Below, piece by piece: positions 18,935 through 28,048 of a stretch of 64,000 nucleotides of DNA. The stretch comes from Candidatus Aminicenantes bacterium (lineage in GTDB: Bacteria > Acidobacteriota > Aminicenantia > Aminicenantales > CAVYOD01): positions 1,074,690-1,138,689 of the forward strand of contig OY969586.1 in the NCBI GenBank assembly GCA_963701305.1. The letters are read 5' to 3'. Made by a program: the position numbers and the translations under genes. Below the pieces are notes generated by a model. The model was not told where the DNA came from. It saw only the letters and a program-made list of their open reading frames with translations, and made no database searches. Positions within the stretch are counted from its first letter, which is position 1; the number at the start of each line of letters is the position of its first letter.

Positions 18935-20026
18935 TTGATGGCTAAATTTGAAGGGGTCAAATGGGCCTCCCGTCAGATGCGCTACAGTCTGGCCGAGAGG
19001 GAATTCGAGCTTTTGCCGGCCGACGCCCAGGTGTACGCGGTCTCTCGCTCCATCCACTATGCATTGTTCCTGGCCTTCGAGGGGATCAGGTTCTTCTGCA
19101 AGAAAAACGAGCGGGGCAGGACGGTGGCCATCTTTTTAAATTGGCACAAGAACCTGGAACGGTTCCAAAAAGGGATCGCCTTTAACCTGGGCCGCGACCA
19201 GCAGTCTTTGGTTCCATCGGCAGAGGAGATGGAACAGGTCTTCATCCAACGTTATTTCGGCCACCCTTCGATGCTGAGTTTTTTCGAAGAAATGGCCGGG
19301 ATGGAGGCGCAGGGTTATCTCAGGCCGTTTACGATCGACGAAGAGCAATCTACCGGCGTCACCTTCCCGGGAAAGCCGGCCATCCGGGCCACCGCCTACC
19401 GTTATGACCGCTACTTGGGAGAGCCCTTCTGCGGGGTTGTCATGCCCGGGATGGTCCGGGCCATCGGCATCAACAAAACGGGCTGTCTGAAGCTGGGCAC
19501 GAATTATGTCATCAGCATCAAGGCCATCGATGCCGCCAGGGAGATTTGCCCCGATTCGGCCTCGGCGCTCTTTCTCGATGACCAGCCGCACGCCAAACTC
19601 GAGGACCGCCGGATAACGGAATGGGATTCGTCCTGCTGTCTGTTCGGATTCAGGGACGGCACCGTCCTCAAGATCCCGGAGCACGAGCTGATCCTGCCTT
19701 CCGTGACCATCCTGGGGATCGTGGCCATTCTCAAAGAGGCGGGGGTGTCGGTCGAAGAGAGGCACCTGAAATATGGGGAACTTTTGGAAAGGGCAAAAAG
19801 CGGCGAACTTGTCGTGGCCTGTAGCGTTGGCACGGCAGGCATCTTGAACAGGTGCCAGAAGCTCGTCCTCACCGGCGAAAAAAACCAAATCATCGATACC
19901 CATCATCCGGACGAGAATCACCCGCTTTACCATAAGCTCGCTGAAGCCCGGGCGCGCTATTGGAGCATATTTAAAGAGAGAGCTTCGGCCCCACCTAACT
20001 GCAAGCTCTTCAAGTATGAGCTATAA
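18935..20026 (+). CDS. Class IV (fold-type IV) PLP aminotransferase-like protein (BCAT/DAAT family), atypical.
   Basis: Layout matches IlvE-like enzymes: SIHYALFLAFEGIRFF (hYg..vFEG.R), a Lys-containing GINKTGCLKLGTNYVIS, DGTVLKIP...LPSVT and ILKEAGVSVEERHLKYGELLERAKSGELVVACSVGTAGI. The usual E-x-G-x-N box is replaced by EWDSSCC. Confidence 0.55.
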   Translation: MMAKFEGVKWASRQMRYSLAEREFELLPADAQVYAVSRSIHYALFLAFEGIRFFCKKNERGRTVAIFLNWHKNLERFQKGIAFNLGRDQQSLVPSAEEMEQVFIQRYFGHPSMLSFFEEMAGMEAQGYLRPFTIDEEQSTGVTFPGKPAIRATAYRYDRYLGEPFCGVVMPGMVRAIGINKTGCLKLGTNYVISIKAIDAAREICPDSASALFLDDQPHAKLEDRRITEWDSSCCLFGFRDGTVLKIPEHELILPSVTILGIVAILKEAGVSVEERHLKYGELLERAKSGELVVACSVGTAGILNRCQKLVLTGEKNQIIDTHHPDENHPLYHKLAEARARYWSIFKERASAPPNCKLFKYEL

Positions 20027-20303
20027 TTCCGTCTCCGTGCCCCGTAAAGACAAGTGAGAAGTGAAGAACAAGAGTCGGGTTTCAGTCACTGCTTATCGCC
20101 CCAGGAGAAACTCATAGGCGGGTTCCCTCGCCCGAATCCGGAACCGCGCTCCACGAAATTAAAGCATTTTTGTTCTGACTGATAGCTTTAATGTTCTTTG
20201 TATTTGACTGCCCAGTGTTCATGGCTCACAGCTCACCATTTATGTTGATTAAATGAGGTTTTCTGTCTAAAATGATCCTAAACTTTCCCAGAGGAGGTCT
20301 CTG

Positions 20304-22703
20304 ATGAAATTATTCCCGGAATTGTCGCGCCCCAGAGTTTTCTTTCTGTGGTTGTGCGCGTTCATTTTGAGCACGGCGGGTTTTTCGGAGCAGGCGAGGA
20401 AACCGCAGATCGTCCAATCGACCGACCCCCAGCTTAGAATCAGCGGCTTCGAGCAGCATCTGGCCATGAAGCAGAGTTCCAAGTTTAAAGACCTGAAGTG
20501 GCAGTTCCTAGGCCCTAAGAATGTGAGCGGCCGCTGCACGAGCATCGCCGCAGTCACGCCCAAAGGCAAGAATTATGTCGTCTATGTGGCCAGCGCCTCC
20601 GGCGGACTCTGGAAAACCGAGAACGAGGGCACGACCTGGAATCCCGTTTTCGAGCAGTTCCCGTCGACCGCATTCGGCGCTGTGGCCGTTTCCCCTTCGA
20701 ATCAACAGATCGTCTGGGCGGGGACGGGAGAAGCCAATATTTTCCGCAGCTCCCAGTCGGGAATTGGCGTTTACAAGTCAATCGACGGGGGGAAGAGCTG
20801 GCAGCACATGGGACTCACTGGAACCTATACGATCCCCAGGATCGTCGTCCATCCCTCCAATCCCGAAGTCGTCTACGTAGCCGCTTCGGGCCACGAATGG
20901 ACATTCAATCCGGACAGGGGAGTTTTCAAGACGACCGACGGCGGCAAAACCTGGACCAAAGTCCTCTATGTCAACGAGAAGACCGGGGCCATTGACCTGA
21001 TCATGGACCCATCCAACCCCGACACGCTTTACGCGGCCACGTGGCAAAGGATCCGTTTCAAATGGAACGACCCCAGGAATTCTCCCGATTACACTGGGTC
21101 GGGCATTTATAAAACTGCAGACGGCGGAAATAGCTGGAAGGCTATTAACAGCGGCCTGCCGGAAGCGAAGTTCAGAGGCCGCATCGGGATCGACCTCTGC
21201 CGGGCCAACCCCAATGTCGTCTACGCTTTCATCGATGACTATGAGCTCGCCCGCCCATCCACGGAAGAAGAATCCGATTCCTACGGCCGGCCCTCGGGCG
21301 GAATCATTAAGGGAGCCACTCTCTATCGCTCGGATGACAAGGGCGAGAGCTGGAAGCTTGTCTGCCCCACGACCCCGGAGATGACAACGTACATGGAGAG
21401 GCACTCCGGGACCTACGGCTGGGTGTTCGGCCAGATGCGGGTCGACCCCAATGACGAGAACACGGTTTACACGATGGGGCTCGGGCTCAGCGTTTCAACG
21501 GACGGCGGTAAGACGCTCAAGGAAATCGGCGACATGCACGGCGACCACCACGGTCTGTGGATCGACCCCGACAACTCCAATTACATGGTCGACGTCAACG
21601 ACGGAGGGGTCGTTTTCTCCTACGACAAGGGAAAGACCTGGCGGAAGTTCCAGGACAATCTCCCCGTCACCCAGTTCTTCAATATCAACTACGACATGGG
21701 CACCCCATTCCGGGTTTACGGATCGGTCCAAGACTGGGGGAGCTTTCGCGGGGTCGTAGACCTCAGCCGGGGGCGGGACAAGATCCGGACGCAGGACTTC
21801 GAGAATGCGCCCGGCGGGGAGGGCAGCCATCATGCCATCGACCCCGATGAAGCAAACACCGTTTACTCGGCCGGTTTTTACGGAACGATCGAGAGAACCG
21901 ATTACACCTCCGGAAAGTCCTGGTATCAAGCCACGAAAATGCTGCTTCCCAAGACCTATCCCGATGAGCCGCGCCTCAGGGGTCAATGGCTGGCCCCGTT
22001 CATCCTCTCGCCTCACAATCCCAAGATCATCTACCACGGAATGCAGTACCTCTTCCGCTCCCTAGACCGCGGAGACACGTGGGAAAGAATCAGCCCGGAC
22101 CTGACCTACAACACCAAGACGGAGATGGGAGATATCCCCTACCACACCCTCTTCGCCATCTCGGAATCTCCTCTCAAATACGGGTTGATCTACGCCGGCA
22201 GCGATGACGGCAGGGTCTGGGTGACCAAGGACGGCGGAAGGAGCTGGGAGGAAATTAACGCCGGGCTTCCCTATCAAAAGTGGGTCTCCAGGCTCGCAGC
22301 TTCGGCCTACGACATGGGGACGGTCTATATGACCCAGAACGGAAAGCGCGACGATGACTTCACGCCTTATGTCTGGAAATCCATGGACTTCGGCAAAACC
22401 TGGGTCAACATCTCCAAGGGCATCCCTTTGGGGCCGGTCAACGTCATCCGCGAAGACCCAGTGGATAAGAATATCCTCTACGTCGCGACCGATTGCGGTG
22501 TTTACGTGACGACAGACGGCGCCAAGACTTGGAATGTCCTCGGCGCTAACCTGCCCTCGGCCTACGTCCATGACCTGATCATCCACCCGCGGGATAACAT
22601 CATCGTCATCGCCACCCATGGCCGAGGCACCTGGGCCCTCGACGCCAACGGGGTCAACAACAAAGACAAGAGACGACCCCGTTTCTATTTTGACGAAGAT
22701 TAG
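20304..22703 (+). CDS. Secreted BNR/Asp-box (sortilin/VPS10-like, GH74-like) repeat protein, 799 aa.
   Basis: Signal peptide plus at least 7 S/T-x-D-G-G-x-S/T-W Asp-box repeats (SASGGLWKT, TTDGGKTW, TADGGNSW, SDDKGESW, STDGGKTL, TKDGGRSW, TTDGAKTW). Confidence 0.7.
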   Translation: MKLFPELSRPRVFFLWLCAFILSTAGFSEQARKPQIVQSTDPQLRISGFEQHLAMKQSSKFKDLKWQFLGPKNVSGRCTSIAAVTPKGKNYVVYVASASGGLWKTENEGTTWNPVFEQFPSTAFGAVAVSPSNQQIVWAGTGEANIFRSSQSGIGVYKSIDGGKSWQHMGLTGTYTIPRIVVHPSNPEVVYVAASGHEWTFNPDRGVFKTTDGGKTWTKVLYVNEKTGAIDLIMDPSNPDTLYAATWQRIRFKWNDPRNSPDYTGSGIYKTADGGNSWKAINSGLPEAKFRGRIGIDLCRANPNVVYAFIDDYELARPSTEEESDSYGRPSGGIIKGATLYRSDDKGESWKLVCPTTPEMTTYMERHSGTYGWVFGQMRVDPNDENTVYTMGLGLSVSTDGGKTLKEIGDMHGDHHGLWIDPDNSNYMVDVNDGGVVFSYDKGKTWRKFQDNLPVTQFFNINYDMGTPFRVYGSVQDWGSFRGVVDLSRGRDKIRTQDFENAPGGEGSHHAIDPDEANTVYSAGFYGTIERTDYTSGKSWYQATKMLLPKTYPDEPRLRGQWLAPFILSPHNPKIIYHGMQYLFRSLDRGDTWERISPDLTYNTKTEMGDIPYHTLFAISESPLKYGLIYAGSDDGRVWVTKDGGRSWEEINAGLPYQKWVSRLAASAYDMGTVYMTQNGKRDDDFTPYVWKSMDFGKTWVNISKGIPLGPVNVIREDPVDKNILYVATDCGVYVTTDGAKTWNVLGANLPSAYVHDLIIHPRDNIIVIATHGRGTWALDANGVNNKDKRRPRFYFDED

Positions 22704-22737
22704 GATCGTGAGCACTGAGCGGTGAGCTGTAAGCAGC
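22704..22737. repeat. REP-like element (CACTGAGCGGTGAG type), downstream of the BNR gene.
   Basis: GATCGTGAGCACTGAGCGGTGAGCTGTAAGCAGC resembles 54928..54957 (GTGAGTCGTGGGCACTGAGCAGTGAGAAG). Confidence 0.35.
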
Positions 22738-23134
22738 TAAATTCCGGGGGCTGATGCAATCGAACTTTTCTTGGAGAAAAGGGACTTTGGAAAGGGCTTT
22801 GCTCCCGAAGCTTCGGTCGGCGGCCTGAGAGCCCCGTCTTTCTCGGCTCTTCCGGGCCAAAGCGCCGAATCAACCACGCCCCAGGGAGATGGGGCCCCGC
22901 GACGGCGCTCCCCCACGCCTGCCCCCCCATCTCCAAACAAATTTGATCTAGAACGGGGGACGGGGGACGGGCCGACGATTTGTTTGGTCTGATCTCCGCC
23001 TCATGGTCGCCGCAGCCCTTCCCAGAATCCCTGCTCGACGATCACGAGATTGGATAAGGTCACATCTTTTGTCTGGCTCTTGTGAATTTTCTTAAAACGC
23101 ACTAAAATCTAATCTTCTATTTCTTAAACCGTCG

Positions 23135-24415
23135 ATGGAGGTTTATTTGAGCAAAGCCAATAATAATCACGAGCACGAGATCGAGATGCCGAGCCGCCGA
23201 GATTTTTTTAAGAAGTCAGGAGCGGCTCTCCTCTTCCTGAATTCCCCGTTCCGGCATCTCGCGGGCGACGATTTTGAGCCGTTTTCGACGGCCCAAACCC
23301 AGCCGCCATCGGCGGCTCCCGGCATCTTCATCATGGAAGGCCCGCCGGGACCCGAAACAATCATCAGCGGCAAGCGATATGTTTACTTTGGGGGAACGGG
23401 TTACTTTGCCCTCCAAGGCCATCCTGATGTGATCGAGGCCGGGATCGCAGCCTTCAGAAAGTACGGCGTTCACCCGGCCACCTCTCGGACCGGCTTTGGA
23501 AACTGCCCCATCCAGCTCGACCTGGAGCGGAAGATCGCCGAGTACTTCGGCACGGAAGATTCCCTCCATTTTGTCTCCGGCTACCTCGACAACCTCTTCC
23601 AGGTCCAGGCTCACAAAGAAGAGATCGATGTCGTCTTTATCGATGAGACGGCGCATTTCAGCATCAAGGACGCGGTCTATTCGGCGCTGAAGCCGGTCAT
23701 CATGTTTCGCCACCGCGATCCCGAGGACCTGAGCAAAAAACTCAAAGAGACGCTTAAGCCCGGGCAGGTCCCCCTCCTGATGACAGATGGCATTTTCCCG
23801 ACCATGGGCGTCATCGCCCCCGTGCCTGATTATCTAAAAATCATCGAGCCCTATAATGGCTTCATTTGCCTGGATGATTCTCACTCGGTCGGAGTGCTCG
23901 GCCCGAACGGCCGCGGCACCTACGATCACTTTGGCCTCAAGTCCGATCGCCTCTACTACGCGGGAACAATGAGCAAGGCTTTCGGCGGACACGGCGGCTT
24001 TATCCCGGGGACCAAGAAGTACATCCAGTACATCAAGGATCATTGCGGCGCTTTCGCCGGAGCCACCCCGAGCCCGACGGCGGCGATGGCCGCTTCGGCC
24101 AAAGGCTTGGAGATCGTCAAAAACCATCCCGAGATGAGGGATCGCCTGAGGAAGAACGTGGCCATGGTCAAATCCGGAATGAAGAAACTCGGCTTCGAGA
24201 TGAACGACAACCCGGTGCCGATCGTGACCTGGACGATGAAGTCCGGAGATGATATGAAGAAGATCCAGCTGGAATTGATGAGCCGGGGCGTGGCCGTGGC
24301 CTATACAAAATATGTCGGCGCGCCTCCCAGCGGGGCTTTGAGGGCTTCCATTTTCTCCGAGCACAAACCCGAGCACATCAGCAAGCTGCTTGAAGAAGTA
24401 GGCAAGCTCGCCTAG
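23135..24415 (+). CDS. Alpha-oxoamine synthase family PLP enzyme (8-amino-7-oxononanoate synthase / serine palmitoyltransferase-like), with an N-terminal Tat-type signal.
   Basis: DDSHSVGVLGPNGRG and GTMSKAFGGHGGF (the PLP-Lys box). The N-terminus MPSRRDFFKKSGAALLFL resembles a twin-arginine signal. Confidence 0.75.
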   Translation: MEVYLSKANNNHEHEIEMPSRRDFFKKSGAALLFLNSPFRHLAGDDFEPFSTAQTQPPSAAPGIFIMEGPPGPETIISGKRYVYFGGTGYFALQGHPDVIEAGIAAFRKYGVHPATSRTGFGNCPIQLDLERKIAEYFGTEDSLHFVSGYLDNLFQVQAHKEEIDVVFIDETAHFSIKDAVYSALKPVIMFRHRDPEDLSKKLKETLKPGQVPLLMTDGIFPTMGVIAPVPDYLKIIEPYNGFICLDDSHSVGVLGPNGRGTYDHFGLKSDRLYYAGTMSKAFGGHGGFIPGTKKYIQYIKDHCGAFAGATPSPTAAMAASAKGLEIVKNHPEMRDRLRKNVAMVKSGMKKLGFEMNDNPVPIVTWTMKSGDDMKKIQLELMSRGVAVAYTKYVGAPPSGALRASIFSEHKPEHISKLLEEVGKLA

Positions 24416-24513
24416 ATCGCCCACGGCCAACAGCTCGTGGCCGATAGAGATCATAATCGTGATATATGAAAAGGGACGGCCTTTGAGCTGGTTTTGCAGG
24501 AAAGGAGTCAAAC

Positions 24514-25947
24514 ATGAGGGTCTTCAGGTTTCTTTTTTTAAGCCTCTTCTTGATCGGGTCAACAACCGTTTTTGGTCCGCTGGCCTCAGGGATTAACGGG
24601 CCGTCCTCCTCGGCTGCTCTCGATACGAAGACGATTGATGCATTCGTGGCCGATCAGGTCAAAACCAAAGGGTTGGTTGGGCTCTCGGTAGCCATTCTAA
24701 AAGACGGCCGGCCCGAGCTTGTCAGGGGCTATGGAGTGAGTTCCCTAGCGAACAGGCAGTCCGTCACCGAGGACACGATGTTTGCGATCGGGTCCATCAC
24801 CAAACAGTTCACCTCGGCATGCGTCCTTCTCCTGGCCGAGGACGGCAAGCTCACCGTCGGCGATAAGGTGGCCAAGTACTATCCCAACCTGACGAGAGCG
24901 AATGACATCAGCCTCCTCGACCTGATGAACCATGTCTCGGGCTATCCTGACTATTATCCTCTCGACTTCGTCGACCGCCGGATGCAGAAACCGGCCACCG
25001 TTGATGAAGTCATCCGCCAATACGGCACGACCAACCTCGACTTCGAGCCGGGCACGAAATGGTCTTACTCCAACACCGGTTTCTTGATCCTCGGCCGGGT
25101 GGTCGAGAAGGTCAGCGGGGAGCCGTTCGGTCAGTTCTTGACACGTCGCATTCTGAAGCCCGTCGGCATGGACCACACCGCCTATGAGCCCGACACCAAG
25201 AAACCCGGCTTCGCGCAGGGGCACAGCTCATTTTTCCTCAGCCCGCCGGAAACGCCCGTTTCGGAGCAAAAGGGCTGGATCGCAGCCGCAGGGGCAAATT
25301 ATTCCACAGCTTCCGACCTGGCCAAGTGGGATCTTGCGTTGATCGAGGGAAAGGTCTTGAAGCCAGAATCGTACAAGCTCATGACCACCGCGCGCAAACT
25401 GGCCGATGGCCGACCGACGGGTTACGGCTGCGGCCTGTCGGTGGGCGAACGAAGCGGGATCACCGTGCTCTCGCACAATGGAGCCGTGGCGGGCTTCTAC
25501 GCGCTCAATACGATGATCCCCTCCTCCAAGTCAGCTGCCATCCTGTTATCAAATTTCGACGATTACAACGAAGTGAACACTGTCTACACGAAAATTGTCC
25601 GCTCCGTGCTGCCCCAGCCGTCGGACCCCAACCTTCCGAAGGTCGCCGGCCTGCCGGCGGCAGAGGAGGCCATGGCCTTCTTCCATCGGCTCCAGGCTGC
25701 CTCGGTGGACCGTTCGGAGCTGGGCGATGAGTACAGCTATTTCCTGACCGACGCCAAGATCAAAGCCGCCGCGGAGCATCTCAAGCCTTACGGCGAACCC
25801 ACGGCAGCGGATGTCGAGGGCTTGCACGAACGGGGCGGCATGGAGGTCTCCACGGTGCGTTTGACCTTCAAGTGCGGCATCCTCAAGGCATCGATGTACC
25901 GCTCACCCGACGGAAAGATCCAGCAGTACCTTATCCAAAAGGACTAA
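24514..25947 (+). CDS. Beta-lactamase-family serine hydrolase (class C / esterase EstB-like), secreted.
   Basis: Signal peptide. S-x-x-K active site (GSITKQFT). YSNTGF (Y-x-N) motif. Confidence 0.75.
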   Translation: MRVFRFLFLSLFLIGSTTVFGPLASGINGPSSSAALDTKTIDAFVADQVKTKGLVGLSVAILKDGRPELVRGYGVSSLANRQSVTEDTMFAIGSITKQFTSACVLLLAEDGKLTVGDKVAKYYPNLTRANDISLLDLMNHVSGYPDYYPLDFVDRRMQKPATVDEVIRQYGTTNLDFEPGTKWSYSNTGFLILGRVVEKVSGEPFGQFLTRRILKPVGMDHTAYEPDTKKPGFAQGHSSFFLSPPETPVSEQKGWIAAAGANYSTASDLAKWDLALIEGKVLKPESYKLMTTARKLADGRPTGYGCGLSVGERSGITVLSHNGAVAGFYALNTMIPSSKSAAILLSNFDDYNEVNTVYTKIVRSVLPQPSDPNLPKVAGLPAAEEAMAFFHRLQAASVDRSELGDEYSYFLTDAKIKAAAEHLKPYGEPTAADVEGLHERGGMEVSTVRLTFKCGILKASMYRSPDGKIQQYLIQKD

Positions 25948-25980
25948 TACAAACGCAATAACTCATGCGACATCTCCGTT

Positions 25981-26111
25981 CAATGTTGCGCCGGAGGCCA
26001 CCCTTGGGACCCCGTAGCAGAGGGGGGCCCGTCGGCTTATCCGACGGGGGAACCGTGGGGACTGGTTCCTCGGGGGCCGGGGGCCAGAGGGTGGCCTCCG
26101 GCGCAACATTG
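25981..26111. repeat. About 130-nt highly structured repeat element, copy 1. It has a 23-bp perfect outer inverted repeat and two internal hairpins.
   Basis: Outer arms CAATGTTGCGCCGGAGGCCACCC (25981..26003) and GGGTGGCCTCCGGCGCAACATTG (26089..26111). Inner hairpins CCCGTCGG-CTTAT-CCGACGGG and GGAACC-GTGGGGACT-GGTTCC. A near-identical core lies at 34051..34150. Confidence 0.6.
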
Positions 26112-26176
26112 GACATTTCAAGTTGCTTATCGCGTCTGCATTGGTCCGAGCCCTTCATTTGTTTTCGGAGGAACAC

Positions 26177-26971
26177 ATGACGAGAGTCTTAGAAGGAAAA
26201 ATCGCGATTGTGACGGGCGCCGGTTCGGCGGGGGAGGGTATCGGAAACGGCAAAGCCACAGCCATCGTTTTCGCTCGTGAAGGCGCCAAGGTCATGCTCG
26301 TCGATCAAAAGCTGGACGCCGCCGAAGAGACCCGAGGGATCATTGAAAAGGAAGGCGGTGTGAGTTTCGCCTTCAAGGCGGATGTGAGCCGCCCCGATGA
26401 TTGCCGGAAGATTGTTGACGCCTGTCTCCGGGCCTACGGTCGGGTCGATATCCTTCACAACAATGTCGGGATCGAACTCGCCGGCGGACTTGAAGAAACG
26501 ACCGAAAAGGACTGGGACCGGACCCTGGCGGTCAACCTGACGAGCATGTTCCTGTTGAGCAAGTATGCCGTGCCTCACATGCTGGCCCAAGGCGGAGGAG
26601 TCATCATCAACATTTCCTCGATCAATGCTATCAGGACCTTGCCCGCCTTGTCGCTCGCCTATGGCGTTTCTAAGGCGGGTGTCATCTCACTCACCCGCGA
26701 GATCGCGGTGCAGTATGCCGCAAAAGGGATACGGGTCAATGCGATCCTTCCGGGGATGATGAATACGCCTTTCGTCCGCGTCTCACTGACCAAGGCCTAC
26801 GGGGGAGATATCGAAAAAATGACCAGGTTCCGGGATTCCCTCTGCCCGACCGGAAAACAGGGGGAGCCCTGGGACGTCGCCAACCTGGCTCTCTTCCTGG
26901 CGTCAGACCAATCAAAATACATCACCGGCCAGGCCATCATCGTGGACGGCGCCCAGACCTGCAAAATTTGA
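26177..26971 (+). CDS. Short-chain dehydrogenase/reductase (SDR).
   Basis: TGAGSAGEGIG cofactor motif, NNVG, and Y-x-x-x-K (YGVSKAG). Start at ATG with GGAGGAACAC RBS. The ORF track begins at 26123. Confidence 0.8.
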   Translation: MTRVLEGKIAIVTGAGSAGEGIGNGKATAIVFAREGAKVMLVDQKLDAAEETRGIIEKEGGVSFAFKADVSRPDDCRKIVDACLRAYGRVDILHNNVGIELAGGLEETTEKDWDRTLAVNLTSMFLLSKYAVPHMLAQGGGVIINISSINAIRTLPALSLAYGVSKAGVISLTREIAVQYAAKGIRVNAILPGMMNTPFVRVSLTKAYGGDIEKMTRFRDSLCPTGKQGEPWDVANLALFLASDQSKYITGQAIIVDGAQTCKI

Positions 26972-27975
26972 TGATCATGGAAACCAGGCGCATTTTTTCA
27001 ACGATCGATACGCACACCGCGGGTGGGCCGACGCGGATCCTGACATCGGGAGTTCCTTTCCTCTCCGGAGCGACCGTTGCCGAGAAATTTGATCATTTCC
27101 AGGCCAATTTCGACCCCATCCGCAAATTGCTGCTGACCGAGCCTCGCGGCCATAAGGATATGTACGGGGCCGTCGTGACCGAAAGCCGACTCGACGACGC
27201 CGACCTCGGGGTTTTCTTCATGACCGCCGCCGGATATCTCCCGACTTGCGTGCACAGCGCCATGGGAGTCGCCGCGGCCATGCTTCAGACCGGCGCTCTA
27301 ACCCTCGAACCCCCCAAAGTCGAATTGGCCTTTGAGACCCCCAGCGGACTCATCTCCCTGGAACCCCATTTTCGGTCGGGCAAGATCCATTCGATCAGCC
27401 TGCAGACCAAGCCCGCCTACGTTCAAGAAATCGGAGCGACTCTCGGGGCGGGTGGGAAAGACCTGCGCGTCGACCTCGTGTTTTCCGGCGTTTTCTTCGT
27501 ACTGGTTGATGCGGGCACGAACGCGCTGGAAATAAGACCGAGAAATCTTCCGGATATCGTCGCCCTGGGACAGCAGGTTTTGGCCGAGGCTAATCGGCGT
27601 TTCGAAACTCGCCATCCAGAGCTTCCCCAGGTCAAAGGATTCGCGCTGGCCCTTTTTTACGAGCGAATCGACAAGAACCACTTCAAAGATGTCGTGATCG
27701 GCCGGACCGGCGGTGTCGACCGCTCTCCCTGCGGGGCAGGCTCGGGCGCGCTGGCCGTTCTCCAAGCCGTCGGGGGGGAAATCGCTTCAACTGAGGAAAT
27801 CGACATCGAGGGCGTCATCGGCACTCATTTCGCAGCTCGGTTGGTCAGACAGCTCAAAGTGGGCGCCTATTCCGGCGGGACACCACGGATCAGCGGCAGC
27901 GCCTACGTGACCGGATTCCATCAGTTCATCCTGGACGCGGACGACCCCCTCCAAGAAGGTTTCGTCCTGGGATAA
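26968..27975 (+). CDS. Proline racemase family enzyme (proline racemase / 4-hydroxyproline 2-epimerase-like).
   Basis: Both catalytic-Cys regions are present (LPTCVHS and the signature DRSPCGAGSGALAV). The start overlaps the SDR stop (ATGA). Confidence 0.75.
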   Translation: MMIMETRRIFSTIDTHTAGGPTRILTSGVPFLSGATVAEKFDHFQANFDPIRKLLLTEPRGHKDMYGAVVTESRLDDADLGVFFMTAAGYLPTCVHSAMGVAAAMLQTGALTLEPPKVELAFETPSGLISLEPHFRSGKIHSISLQTKPAYVQEIGATLGAGGKDLRVDLVFSGVFFVLVDAGTNALEIRPRNLPDIVALGQQVLAEANRRFETRHPELPQVKGFALALFYERIDKNHFKDVVIGRTGGVDRSPCGAGSGALAVLQAVGGEIASTEEIDIEGVIGTHFAARLVRQLKVGAYSGGTPRISGSAYVTGFHQFILDADDPLQEGFVLG

Positions 27976-28048
27976 AATCGTCTTTCCCCGCGAGTACGGA
28001 ATAAAACCTCGCCTGGTGTTGTATTATGTTTATCGAGGAGGACGAACG

